A stretch of DNA of 64,000 nt from Parasitella parasitica NRRL 2501 (taxonomy: Eukaryota > Fungi > Mucoromycota). The translations under genes were made by a program, and so were the position numbers. The stretch is taken from NCBI GenBank assembly GCA_025201805.1, contig MU619259.1, positions 105,208-169,207 of the forward strand, in the 5' to 3' direction. This document shows, one piece after another, positions 10,362-24,921 of the stretch (position 1 is its first letter; each line of letters begins with the position of its first letter). The notes beneath the pieces were generated by a model. It was not told the DNA's origin. It made no database searches and worked only from the letters and a program-made list of their open reading frames with translations.

Positions 10362-13300
10362 ATGAAAGCTTGGAACTACCTATCTGAATGGACTAGTTAT
10401 GCTCTGCCTAAAAACATTCAAAAACGCTTGTACAAGTTTGTGCTAAGAAGAGCCATCGGTCAGTTTTTACAGAATGAACTCGACCTGGAGAACTTTGACA
10501 TTGCCTTGATGAATGGCAACTTGGAGTTGCGCGATTTGGATTTGAATTTGCAGGTATGTAATCGCAGCGAACCATAGAGCCTAGTTGCATACATTGATGG
10601 CCACCGCCAATAGTTTATAAACAAGCTACTCGACAACACACCGTTTGTTCTGGAGAAAGGAAGCGTAGCAAGCATATCCGCCTCTATACCATGGGCAAAA
10701 CTCTTGACTGCTGATATCTCTCTTAAAATTCAAGGACTACAGCTGTATTTACGACCAGTAAAAAACAAGCCAAAATCACCCAAAGGTAAAAGGAAAGGCT
10801 AATTTTAAAGCAACCAAACCTGAAAAATAACCAACATCATTTCGACTAGAAGATGACCAGCCATCCTCGCAGACCGATGAACACATCTTGTCATCTTCCC
10901 TACACTTTGCCGACGATTTTCTACGCACTCAAATCGAAAAAGAGCAAGCCGATGAACTGCACAAATCAATCCAAGATTCGTTTCATGGATCCACAACGAC
11001 AAATGACGACATGGATACAGAGGGGCTCCAAGTGCTGACCAAAGTCATTGATAAAATGATGTCCAGAGTCAAAATAGACATTATAGATACTCTAATACGA
11101 ATCATTCATCAATCAGCTGTTCCTTTAACAAATGCACCTGATAACGAATACCATCTTGATATCTGCATTCCGAGAATATCGTACTTTGATGAGACGCCAG
11201 AGTTCAACTCGACAAGTGCTACGGGATCCAGCCATAGCGATTTGATGCAAAGTTCGATATTGCTGCCACCGGTCGCTAACGAAACGATTAAAATCATCAC
11301 GCTGGCCTCCCCAGAGATTTGGCTTAGGTCTGCAACAGCACCGTCAGCAGGTAACACAGCTAACAGCAGTAGTCTGTATTCAATGCCAACAAACCATGAA
11401 ACAAGTATAAACCAAGACCTCGACAATAGCATTATCGATGATGTTGATTCGCTGAGCCAGACAGAATTCTTCGAAACCAACCAAGGAAGCTCTAGCTTGT
11501 TTCAAAGCCAATACAACAGATCATCATTTCACAGCAAAATGAGCGGATCAATCACACCCAAAGCAAACGTTAGCAGCTACAGACCATACAAAGCTTTGAT
11601 ATTTACGACTATGGACAAAAAGAACTGGGTCAGGATCAAACTGAGGTCGTCAATAGACGGACCATCATTCTTGTCCGTCAAACAAATCGATTTTTGGGTT
11701 ACGCATGTGAGAGCTACTGTATCGCCTCAGCAAATTGCGTTTTTTATGGATTTATTAGACACCATGACACAATCTGATGAGCAAGAGGAAAAAAGGCCTA
11801 AAAAATCAGATAAAAAGACATCAACAACAAAGAGGACAGAGATGAGCCTCCTTGATGATTTGGATTCATTCAATGCGGACCACAGCACATCTTTACCTCT
11901 TGCGAGTAATACTGTGGATTCGCTAGCGCCACCACTACCACCACCACCACTGCCACCTCCACAAAATATACCAGAACGTAAGATTAAATTGCAGATATCA
12001 CTCGTAGAGCTATTCCTTTTATGTGATGATGAGCCGGTTAGTGGGTGGTCTGAGCCAGGCCACAACAAAAACCATGTTCGATTCGCCATTCAACAAATCA
12101 ACTTGCGATTGCAGCAATTCCCTTCAGACCAGCAGCAGACGCACAAGTTGCTATCCATCTTGGAGATGCGTATAGCGAACGTCGTTTTGGATGAATGGAT
12201 TGTCCGGCCGCCGCAAGCCAGAAGCTTTCCCTTTGTTTCGACAAGATCGCAAACCAAATACAATGTATATAATCCCATTTTTCAGTTCGACAATCGGATC
12301 AAGCAGGACTATCCTTCCGAGGAGGACTTCCCAGCTTACATTCCAGCGCAAGATCAAAGTAAGCCACCGCAGACAGAGGCAATTCGATTTCGGATTGAAA
12401 AAAAGCAGAATCAAGAGCTAGGAGGAAGATTTGCGCAGGATGACATCTCGTTTGAAGAAGATATCAACATAGATATCCCAGCATTTAAAATATATATAGA
12501 TCCTTGCATCATAGATCGAATCGAGAATTACATTTATGCAATCAATGCCTTTAACCAATCAAAAGAGGAAAAGGAGAAGCAGCGGCAGGGTTCGTTCAGT
12601 ACACAGCACAAGGCAAACGAGGAACGAAGGTTTGTGCGTGGGCATATTTCATGTAGACTTGCACATTCATTTTTATTTATTTATATATATATACTTGTTC
12701 TCGCTATACAGACCTTCTGTGTTTGATGATTTGCAATTTCAAGAAAACACGCAAAAGCGTAAAGTACGTGTGAAATGTGCATTTATTCGTGTTCTACTGT
12801 CTGCTCCTGATATGAGCCAGATCAGCACGAGGGAGGAATTCAATGATCGTTTCCACGATAGTCAGCTGAGCATAGACATCAAAAAGCTAAATGCTACTTG
12901 GAACGCCACAACAACAGTAATAGAAGATGATACTGAAGATCATCACCATCATCATCGACCTGCTGCTGCAAGTAGAAACAGTACGAGTAGCAGTAACGAC
13001 AACAACAGCAACAACAGCAATACCAAGCTCAATATAGATTTAAATTATGTCAATGTATTTATGCATTTGAAGCACGATGACTTGGCGAGGTGTTGGTTCA
13101 CTGCAAAAACAGTGCAAGAAAGCAGCAAAATATTCACGCCAGACGGGACGCTATCACCTACTGTTGAAATTACTATCCAAGATGCACAGCCTACTTACAC
13201 ACCTTCAGCTGGTAGATGCGGTTTTTTTGGTGCTGGCTCAGAGATTGTCGAGCTGCTATTCAAGTTTTTAGAGAAAAACGAGAATTTCAATAGTGAGCAA

Positions 13301-15260
13301 AAGATTCATGCTCCAATGGATGAACAGTCAGACTCTGCTCTAATGTTCAAGCAAAGAACAATTGAAACATCAGTAAGTCCAAGTAAACACATGCATGGAA
13401 CTTTCATTTACTGACATTGCGCAGACGTTTGTGATCAACTGCCATTTTCCTCAGGCAGACATGAAATTGACAAAGCAGATTTGGGATAAAGTTCAAATCA
13501 TTCAAAATGATTTACTCCTTTGGCAGCCAAGATTCATCACTCAGCAACAGCAATTTCAGAACTTGGATGACCTGTCGTCTTCACAATCTATGAATTACCA
13601 AAACTTTTTTTCTGATGTCAAATCCACATCAAGTGCAATGAGCCAAAGCTACGAACAATTACGACCATTGCGCCTTCAGCAACAGCAACAGCAACAGCAG
13701 GGCTACTTTCCACCCATATCTCCACCTCTTCAAAAACAGAGCTTGCTATCTATTGTTGCAGTTATGAGCAATGGTGTATGGGACATAAATACGTCTGAGA
13801 ATCACATTTATCGGTTACAGTTCTCTGAATTCAAGTACTTTGCAGCCATAAAGCACTTGGGAGAGGATGAAAATGTCACAACATTGGATATCGAAGACCT
13901 TGATGTAACAGACATTTCAGATACCAAAAACCATGTCAAACTCTTGTACAAGACAATACCGAAAGGGATCCATGTAAGAGTGATACTATAATGCATAATT
14001 CGCACAGTGACTTATTTATGTTTAGCTCAAACGAAACACGTCAATGGTATCGCTAATTTCGAGACTAAACTCATTTCCAGAACGGAACAGAATCAACAAG
14101 GCGACCAGCGTCGTCGCCTGCAATCTGTGCTGGAAAGCGGCAACAGACGTATCCTTTGTGGATGAAATAATCGAGTTCCAGAAGGTGCCTGAGGAAATGG
14201 TCTTTATTGATCCGCCTACACAGTACACCAAAGTATTTGCTCACATCCTAGAAACATCCATAGACTACGAGCCCATATACAGCCCCACAAGGGCTGTTGC
14301 CATCTTGGACGGCATTGAAATTGTTACTCATATTTTGGCGGGTCAGCCTCTGGTCGAGGTCAAGACATTCGTTCAAAGCATAGAGTTGTACCTCATTGAC
14401 GATAAGCAGGAGCTTGATATGGGTGCAGAAAAACGCCTCGAAGGAAAAACTACCGACTCTCGCAATTACTGGACTTTGCTAGGCTTTGCTAATGCCTTTT
14501 CAATCCAAAATATCGAGCTCGCAATAAGGATCAAGCTTGATGAGCATATCGCTGCACCTAAAGCTGATGTTTCATTGGTCAGTACTGATATCTGCATTGA
14601 TTTGAATGCAGATTCTTTCCAAACACTGCTAAATTTGATCACGTTTGTGGCTAATAACGGTGATACGACTATACCTGCTAATGCAATTGCTGAAGCTAAA
14701 CGAAGGACTCAGCAGCACCCTCGTCGCAACAGCAACGGCAACGGTAACGGCAGCCGTAGTCATCCTCGATTTTCAAAGGTGCATGCCACCATTCAAAAAG
14801 AGGACATGCTAGCTAGCATTGATGAAAGCGCATTTAAATCGACGCCTCGAAAAATATCACCGCCTACCATGATCGAAGCCCCTGAAATGGAGGAATTTAG
14901 CCTTGTAGAAGAGTTTTATCAAACAAGCGACGACAGCTACGATAACCACAACAAAAGGCCAGTACTAGTGCCTCCTGCCAAACCGCGGCGCAAGCAGCAT
15001 CGTCACCAAAGTTGGAGCACGACCACTGACGATATCATTCGTATCCTGAACCCAGCGGAAAATCTGGATGACCGATTACAGCTGGAGGTGATTGAGGATT
15101 ATTTCAGTGTGGAAAAGAAAGCAGCGGCGCCCAAGTCTGCTGTCGACATCACCAGAGCTAATATATCGCTACGTGTGACAAATGTCAATGTAGTCTGCAA
15201 GCTGTACGACGGCTACGAATGGGCTTATGTCAAAGCTGATATGGCAGCACAGAATGCGCC

Positions 15261-15303
<43 letters not shown>

Positions 15304-16972
15304 GAAGAAGAGCAGCAAGACGGGTTTGGCCAAGAGTTCATGAGCAAGACGGCCAAATCAAAAAAGAAGCGTGCACGAGATGCCCAGATCGAATTCAAGT
15401 TGGACAATATAGCCGTGGATCTTGACCTGATGCCTGAAAAAGACGAAACTGCATTTTATTTCCGTTTGCAAATCAAGGATGTTGAGATCATTGACAACAT
15501 TCGCACGTCTGCATGGAAAAAGTTCTTGGGCTACATGCGATCTGGTGTGGATCAACGGGAGATTGACGATTGCATGGTCAATATCGAGCTGATTAGTCTG
15601 AGGCCTGTCAAAGACGACCCGCAGCAAGAGTACCGACTAAAAGCAAAACTATTGCCCATCCGACTGTATGTAGATCAAGACGCCATGAATTTCTTGCAAA
15701 AGTACTTTTTGTTTGAAAAGTCTTGCTTGAGATCCACTCAAGCTGCTAATTTATCAATTCCTAAGGACGCACCAGACACATCTGAGGACGAAGATTCTGA
15801 GGAAGCGCTTGGCATGTTTTTTCGTACGTAAAACACGGTACACTTTATACTATTCACCTAACCTCTTTTTATGCATGTAGAATATGTTGACATCTATCCA
15901 ATCACCCTCAAAGTTGACTACAAACCAAAGATTTTCGATCTAGGCAACTTTAGAGAAGGCCAGGTTATTGAGTTGATGAACTTGTTCCGATTAGATGCAG
16001 CAGAGATGCACCTGAGCCATATCAAGTTTAGTGGTATCAAAGGCATAGACGGGCTATTGGATAGAATAGGCAAAGAATGGCTTCCTCATATTCTTCACAC
16101 GCAAAAGGGCAATATGGTGTCTGGCGTATCTCCTGTACGCTCTATTGTCAATTTGAGTACAGGTGTTGCTGACCTGGTCTTGCTGCCCATACAGCAATAC
16201 CGCAAAGATGGCCGGCTGATGAAGGGTATCCAACGGGGTACATCCTCTTTTGCCAGAGCAACTGCGATAGAAGCTATCAAGTTGAGCTCTCGAGTAGCAA
16301 CAGGAACTCAGGTCATCCTGGAGCACGCCGATGGTTTTTTTTCGCCTACTGCGCCCCCAGCATCATCGTCGCCGTCGTCCTCGTCTTCTGCTCAGCTACA
16401 ACACCACTTGCACGACCAGCATTTTGTGTTTACAGATGTGAACGGTGTTGATATCGCTGCCCCCGACGATGACATTTTACCGGTGTCCTCTTTATCAGCT
16501 ACACCTGCAGTTTCTACCTCTTCTAAGGGCAAAGAAAGATATCCAACAAGTAGCAGCAGCGGAGGGGGTAGCCCAAGTGATCTTACTGAAGGGTTGCATT
16601 ATGCCTATCAAAACATTAGCAAAAACTTGGGATCTGCAGCACAAACCATCTTTGCAGTACCGACAGAGATCCTAACAGACGACAATCCAGACGATTACGA
16701 GTATGGTACGAGCCATGGAAGCAACAGCAGCAGAGGCAGCAGAGGCAGCAGTAGCGCTAAAGCAGTGATTCGTGCTGTACCTGTGGCTGTCATCAAGCCA
16801 ATGATTGGTTTGACAGGCGCGTTTCAGAGCATATTGGCAGGATTGCGAAATTCAATTGACCCTGTCATGCGACTACAAAGCGAAGATGTAAGTTGTGCAT
16901 GTATAAAAACACCAAAGGAAGAGCGTGCTAACCTTGTGTTTTGTGTTGTAGAAATATAAAAAACCAAGATAA
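10362..16972 (+). CDS. ATG2: Autophagy-related protein 2 (lipid-transfer protein), multi-exon
   Basis: Chorein-N start (IQKRLYKFVLRRAIGQFLQNELDLENFDI), ATG2_CAD-like region (LYDGYEW, EIIDNIRTSAWKKFL, PIRLYVDQD), ATG_C region (VDYKPK, VSPVRSIVNL.TGVADLVLLP, VIRAVPVAVIKP). Last exon KYKKPR* at 16952-16972. Confidence 0.95.
15263..15303 (+). repeat. (CAG)n microsatellite encoding polyQ in ATG2
   Basis: About 12 uninterrupted CAG triplets. Confidence 0.9.
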
Positions 16973-17284
16973 CCCAACTGAAATCATTTATTATTTTTGT
17001 TATTACTGTTGTGCTTGCGCCGATAATTGTAAAAAAAAAATACCCTTTTCATCTTGCAGAAAAATAAAATACAAAACTCATCGAAGAGAGAGAGAGAGAG
17101 CAATCAGATTATGAGTGTACCTTTACACAATAGTGTTAAAGACATTTGCTACTCTTGCTAATTGCATGATAGTCCACTACGAATACTAAGCCACTGCATT
17201 TACTCACAAATCAACCTTTATCAATGTTGAATATTGGATGAAAAAAATATTTTCCTTTCTTCAACATAAACTACAGCAAGAACG

Positions 17285-18214
17285 ATGACGAGATATACAA
17301 AGATGGGAGGAAAAAAGACTTTTGAAAAGTCAGAGGAAAGCTTCAAAGTAACACCATTATTGCCTCGCAGTAGTCAACAAGATGATGGCAGAAACTTCAA
17401 CAATGGTGGCTCAAGAGGTGCTTTCCGTGGAAGGAGAGGCGGTGAAGCTGGACGCCGAGGAAGAGGTGGAGGTGACAGAGGTGGATCCAGAGGCGGATCC
17501 AGAGGCGGATCCAGAGGTGGCCATGGCAGTTTCCGTGGCGGATTCAAAAGAGGAAGAGATGATGATTTCGGTATGTTGTGTTTCTTTTTTTCCATCTGTG
17601 GTAGATTTGAAATTCATGATTTTTGTTTATGTTTCAATGCAGAGGGAGGAAATAATAAAAAAAGGACTGGAGATGTTTGTTTTGCTTGCAGAAAACCCGG
17701 TCATTCAGTGAACCGTTGTCCTGAAAATAAGGAACATGCCAACATTTGCTACAACTGTGGCACAACGGAACATAGTTTAAAAAACTGCAAGCGACCCAGA
17801 AAAGGCAGTAAGTATTGGAATTGTTTTCTTTTTGTATTGCGGTATGATTGACTTGTGTTATTGGTAGATGAACTGCCTTATGCTAAATGTTATGTCTGTA
17901 ATCAAGAAGGCCATTTATCAGGCCAATGCCCTAAAAACGAAAGAGGTTTATACCCCAATGGCGGTAGCTGTGCCATCTGTCAACAAGTTGATCACTATGC
18001 TAAAGACTGCCCAGTGACAAAAGAGCAAGCTGGTACCACAGCTGTTGGCATGATCAACTTGGATCAAGGCGCAGACGACGATGATTATCATATTTTTGCA
18101 GAAGCCAAGCAAAAGGTTGCAGAGGAGCAGAAAAAGGAGAAAATCATCAGGAAACAACTTGCTTCTACAGCGCCCAGTGAAGTTCCCAAAAAGAAGAAAG
18201 TTGTCAAATTTTAA
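17285..18214 (+). CDS. ZCCHC9-like zinc-knuckle (4x CCHC) RNA-binding protein with RGG-rich N-terminus
   Basis: CFACRKPGHSVNRC, CYNCGTTEHSLKNC, CYVCNQEGHLSGQCP.N.RGLYPNGGSCAICQQVDHYAKDC, and C-terminal KKKKVVKF. Confidence 0.85.
17483..17518 (+). repeat. 12-bp tandem repeat GGATCCAGAGGC x3 (GSRG units of the RGG box)
   Basis: Visible directly in the sequence. Confidence 0.9.
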
Positions 18215-18269
18215 ATGTTATATTTTGTACAGTTTATTTTAGATTTTTTTTGTTTTATTTTCTCTCTCT

Positions 18270-19723
<1,454 letters not shown>

Positions 19724-19794
19724 TCTATTGATATTATTAAAAGAGATTGTAAAAGCGCAAGTACTTTATTAAGGTTTCACGCTATCACCAAAAG

Positions 19795-19805
19795 AAAATT
19801 TTTCA
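19795..19805 (-). promoter_or_regulatory. RRPE-like element TGAAAAATTTT in the RVB1/reticulon divergent promoter
   Basis: Exact RRPE consensus about 70 bp upstream of the RVB1 ATG. The AT-rich background makes a chance match possible. Confidence 0.35.
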
Positions 19806-19981
19806 ATATCATCATGACGAATGTGACGGTGTGGCTCTATTTTAAGTGCATTATTATCTGATTCTTGTGACATAATGGTTATGCAACTGGAATCGAGACA
19901 TGCATGAAATTTGCCCAAGACATATAAAAGAGGCATGAAATCCCGGATACAACAACACAGATTTTCCATCATCATTAAAAT

Positions 19982-21055
19982 ATGGATTCATACGCTATTC
20001 GTCAACAAAGACCCCTCACTCCCCCCAATGACCGAAATAAAGATCTTGCTCGTCAACATGGCGATGTTCAAAACATTGGCGACGTTCCCAGCTTTGGGAG
20101 ACAAGACGCTTCGTTAAGCGACCGATCCCATCTCTCCAAGGTAAATGCTGCTGCTAATGCCATGCCTCCCGTGTCTACTGCTCCTAGCGCTCCAAGCGCA
20201 ACTGCTGCTAATGCTCCTCATTACGAAGACCACAAGCCCTCCATCTTGAGCGATGCTCCTACTCAAAGCATCAATCATGCTCGAAAGATGGATGATCCTT
20301 TCAATGATGTCAGATCTGCAGCTTCCTCATCATCCAAGTATGGTAGCGGTCGAAATGACACTACACAACGTATTGAAAATGAGGTGGTTAATGTCTTGAA
20401 GTGGAAGAACCCCGTTCGCTCTGGCTCCATCTTTACTCTACTTGTTGGCTCTATCATCATGACTCGTTGGTACTCGTTGGTGCAAATTAGCTCCTCCCTG
20501 CTCACCATTGCCATTGGCATCAATTTGATCTATGTAAATTTTATCCTTCAAGGTCAAAAGCTGGTCTCTACTAACCAAGATGCGTCTCATCCCTACAACA
20601 ATGTGATTCATAATGAGAAGCACAACATGATTGATAGACAAAGTGTTCGCCATTACTCTACCATCTTGACTGAAGTTTCTGAAACCATGATCCGCGCTTT
20701 GACTCGCATTGTGTTTATCGAAAACACTGCTACTAGCGTCAAATGGATGACCATCTTCTTTGTCATTTGGAAGGTTTCTGCTCATGTTTCTACCATGGAT
20801 ATCGTATTGGCTGTTGTCATTTCGGCCTTTGTTTTCCCTCGTCTCTACATTAGCAACAAGGATGTTGTAGATGCCCAAATCCAAAAAGGTCAAACTTTGA
20901 TTCAAAACGGTATTGAAAAGGTGCACCATGCTGCGACCACTACTGCTCAAGACACCTATGTTAAATCAAGAGCCGCATTTGCAAAGGCTGGTACCACTGG
21001 CACTGATGCTAAAAACACAATGTCCAAGGAATCTGTTACTATTAAAGAAGATTAA
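19982..21055 (+). CDS. Reticulon-domain ER membrane-shaping protein
   Basis: Intronless 357-aa ORF with VLKWKNPVRSGSIF, two hydrophobic hairpins and FVFPRLYISNKDVVD. Confidence 0.85.
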   Translation: MDSYAIRQQRPLTPPNDRNKDLARQHGDVQNIGDVPSFGRQDASLSDRSHLSKVNAAANAMPPVSTAPSAPSATAANAPHYEDHKPSILSDAPTQSINHARKMDDPFNDVRSAASSSSKYGSGRNDTTQRIENEVVNVLKWKNPVRSGSIFTLLVGSIIMTRWYSLVQISSSLLTIAIGINLIYVNFILQGQKLVSTNQDASHPYNNVIHNEKHNMIDRQSVRHYSTILTEVSETMIRALTRIVFIENTATSVKWMTIFFVIWKVSAHVSTMDIVLAVVISAFVFPRLYISNKDVVDAQIQKGQTLIQNGIEKVHHAATTTAQDTYVKSRAAFAKAGTTGTDAKNTMSKESVTIKED

Positions 21056-21133
21056 AGACTAATCCTCTCGAGGAAGATTAAATCCGATATGAATACTGTG
21101 TAAATAAAAAAGAATAGCATTGAAAAAAGTTTA

Positions 21134-21957
21134 TTATTGTTGTTGTGATGCAAATGAAGGCAGAATAAACGAAGACTTTTCTTTGTTGGACTGGCCAGCT
21201 TGAAGGATGCCAACATAAGGCGTAACATCCCACAAAAGGGTCAAGGTAGCATTTTGAAAGCTGCGGCGGCATTAGAGACTAACCCAATCAATATCAACCA
21301 GCACTACTTACTTCCATCTTTGACCAACGTCAATCATTGCATACTTGTTGCGTACATTACGCAACTTTAAATGTTTCTCGTCTTGGCTGGTGATGATCCT
21401 GTCCCAAAGTACAACTTGATTTCGTTCCTATTTGTAAATCGTTAGATACCAGAAAACATAATAAACAAACAATTGCATACAAATTTATCGTTTTCATATT
21501 GAGCAACTACTGTAGCGAACACTTGCTTCGTATTCCAATTAAAAAGTGGCGTGAAGTCTTACGGAACATATTTACTTAGTCGAGAATACGAGAGTGAATA
21601 TCAACATGTAAATTACCGGCATCAATATCAAAGGCTAATCTAGCAAATTCACTGTTTCGATCACGATAATCAGTATTCTCTGGTCCATATCTACGGGTGA
21701 CACTACGTAAACATTTATTAGTGGTGCAATCCGAATAAAAAGCTTGTGATCTGTACATTTTTACGTTCTTTGCGTCTACTTGGAGGGTATCATTAATAGA
21801 GCCGTATCCAGTAATGGCCGAAATGGCTGCAACTACTGCTAAAACCGTGCCTATCACAGTAATAGCAAATGAGAAAACATTCTATAAAATTGTTTTAGTG
21901 TCATATTTTATCCATTTTTGTCGTATTTACGTTAGCCCTTTGCTGCAAATTATACAT
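21134..21957 (-). CDS. SPC3: Signal peptidase complex subunit 3 (SPC22/23)
   Basis: MYNLQQRAN start, one TM segment, [42 protein letters not shown], last exon [15 protein letters not shown]...QQQ*. Confidence 0.92.
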
Positions 21958-22749
21958 GATTCAGGCAAATAGCTTAAAGAAGTAGTGAAAAGTATTTAAG
22001 GAGCAAGCCTTTCGTGTTTTCTTTATTGACCAGCAAGGCGGAGTCTAACACTGGCAAGTGTGAGCGTGGCATTGAAGCAAAGAGTCAAAACTATGGTGCT
22101 AATTCATATATTCCTTTCTCAGTTCAAAAGACTATGGGGGGAGGTTTTTTTTTTCATATATTAGTATCAAATGATACTGTTATCATATAAACCCATCGTT
22201 GGATTGATGTCTTTGGGATTTCATAAATTTCTATTCAGATAATTTTTTAGAAATAGGTGTGTTATCCTGGTGGCAGACTGTTTCCTTTTCTCTAGCATTT
22301 TCTTATACCTTCAGTTGGTCTGGCGTCTTCTAGTATAAAAGGTCTTGTCAGACAGGTACCAAGCAGGGTTCTCTATATCCAATTGCACGGTAGAACAGCT
22401 AGCCAAGCCTGTGCCATCTTTTCCATAATATTGGAATGGTTCAAAAGTGCGCATCTTTGTATAGCCAGCGTAGAATTTAGGCGCCTGGTTTTTTTTTTTT
22501 TTTTTTTTTTTTGGATGGTATCTCTGGTAAGTAAACCTACGGTATCTACGGCATTGACACATGATTGTTTTCCACATTTTGAAGGCAGGACTAGATCCAG
22601 CAACTGTTACAAGATAATGTCCCTTATACTAAGAATTAAATTGCGGAAAATAAGCTTTTACATGGCAATAACACCAGAAGAAATTGCTTTGCAATCCGTG
22701 CCAGAAAATGACTTGTTTATATCTTTCTGCTACATCTTACTCATAAAAC

Positions 22750-22962
22750 TTCTGAATGAGTTACCTCTTGTGTGTCGATCCTTTGCTTTCACCTCACCTA
22801 TTGGTGTTGTCGTTTGCTTGATCACCAATAAGTTTTTTGTGGTTCCATTCATCTTTTACCCCTACTGATCATCAGAGTTGTATAAATGGTATTCAATAAT
22901 TACAGTACCTCTCTTAGTATTCATGTTGCACAAAATAAGAGTATTATGTGGAGCAACAATAA
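22750..22962. repeat. Dispersed ~210-bp repeat, copy 2 (reverse complement of 52-262)
   Basis: Same shared blocks as copy 1. It sits in a 2.9-kb gene-free AT-rich interval. Confidence 0.85.
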
Positions 22963-24828
22963 TGTATGGCTTCGCAAAGCTAATGCTTTCTTCAAAAAAA
23001 CCACCATTTTCTTTGATAGCGGAGATTAAACGCTTCCAAAATCAGGAAGGAAAAATTCTTTCAGAAACTCTATTTGGACAAAAAGAAAACAAAATTACTC
23101 CTTTGAGGCAAGATATCATCCTCTGTTACTATGCATACCACGGCTGTCAGTCTATGATAATAGCTGTATTTTTGGGCGCTCTACACGATGGTCTCATTTT
23201 CATAATCCCCGTATGCTTATGGAAAGAAATTTGCCGAAAAACCTCAAAAACAGATTAAGAGGGAAAAGTCAAGATTTTGCTTAATCAGAGCGCATTTCCA
23301 GTCATTCAGATCAAGGAATGGTCTTTTACGATCATTTTCTTCTAATATATGATATAGTAAAATGTTGCATTTTTGGGGTCAAAATCGAGGATAATGCATA
23401 ATCGATGATTTTGGATGCGTGAATACAAGGAAAAAATTGGGAAAATCCGTGATTTTGCATCGAAAAAAAAATCATGCTCAAATTGCACCAAAATCATATA
23501 TAATATAGTTGTTTCCCAATGGATACTATTTCTGGTGTTTTTAGGGCACTTTTGTTTATAAAAATCAATCAAAAAATGGCACACGCAGTTAACGTTCTTG
23601 CTTTTAAGCTGTAAAAACTAACTATCTGAAGATAATACCACGTCAATATCAATTCTAGTACATGACACAGCTCTATGAAGTAGGTATTTTTGATGTCACA
23701 AGTATACATTTCTTCATAGTAATATGATCAAACAAGTCTGGCTCATCGAGTTTGGAAGCAGAAGAGGATAATTAATGAAGACAATGTTTTGTAATAACCC
23801 CTTGTCATTTGTGAATAATTCATATAACTTGCTAACTACTAGTGACAGAGAAGCCCTACTACCATTGTCGCTTATAATAATGCGTAATGTCGATCCAAGA
23901 GTCCCTTTTTTTTGTGATTCTAATGCTAAGCATGTAAGATGAAGAGTAAAATAGAGGTTTGGATTGAGGTTGAAGGTAATTTCACTAACAAAAGTCAAGC
24001 TTCATATTAGCTTTCTGTTAGGTTCCAGATTCCAGGCACTGTACTGTAGAGTATCAAATTCTGAATAAGGGATAACTTAATATACCAAACACATTTTTGT
24101 ACACCAATCTGTCCGTTATAACGAGTTCTGAAAGCACCGGTGTATTCTTTCCTTAATATTAGATATACTGACTTGATCCGACAGATGTAGTATAAAGTTA
24201 TGAAAACAGAGATTGCCATTTGCTGAATCTGCTATGATTTTTCATTGCGTAAGTGCATAATTTGACGGATACATATAAATTAATGCCTTATTAGTGTTTG
24301 CAGTTTAATACTTTGATAATTTTGTGGTTTAGCCATTTTTAGTTTATATGCTTATGCAGTTCTATAGACTTGTCTAAATATTTGAGCTTATTTAGATGTC
24401 TAATGTCTAACGGATATATAAGAATTAATTTATCAGTTATGAAATTCAAAAATTTTTGTGTTGTGGCCCGTTTGTAATTGTTCAGTTTCAGGTATCTGAA
24501 GTACATGTCTTTATTGTATTGAAAAATGGGAAAATAGAAGCCCCAAATAGTCATCATTTAAAAATCCCTATTGCTCCTGCACAGTGGCTGTTTGATCTCT
24601 ATTCTTAGGCATCTCAGAAACTTCACAGCTTTAATCAGAAACAAAAATTTTGTTATAGAAACCCTAATAAATATGATTACAAACTTTTTTAAAAAGACTC
24701 TTTAAAGCAGCAATGACAAAAGTGCAATTCAACAATTTGATTGGTCAAATTATCTTTACCTTGCATAAATCGATCATAGCAAATGTCCTATGCTGTCATA
24801 TGGATTAATGATTTTATTAAACAGGTTC

Positions 24829-24838
24829 NNNNNNNNNN
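24829..24838. other. Assembly gap (10 N)
   Basis: Run of N in the sequence. Confidence 0.99.
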
Positions 24839-24921
24839 AAAAAAAAAAGAAAAAAAGGAACGTGTATGAGGAAAGAGAAAAAAAAAAGCGTACAACAAAC
24901 ATAAATGTATTATAAAACCTC

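Noticed and set aside
23340-24600. Leu/Ile-rich short ORFs resembling decayed F-box/LRR family genes
   Set aside because: The similarity is only compositional in AT-rich DNA and no diagnostic motif is present.
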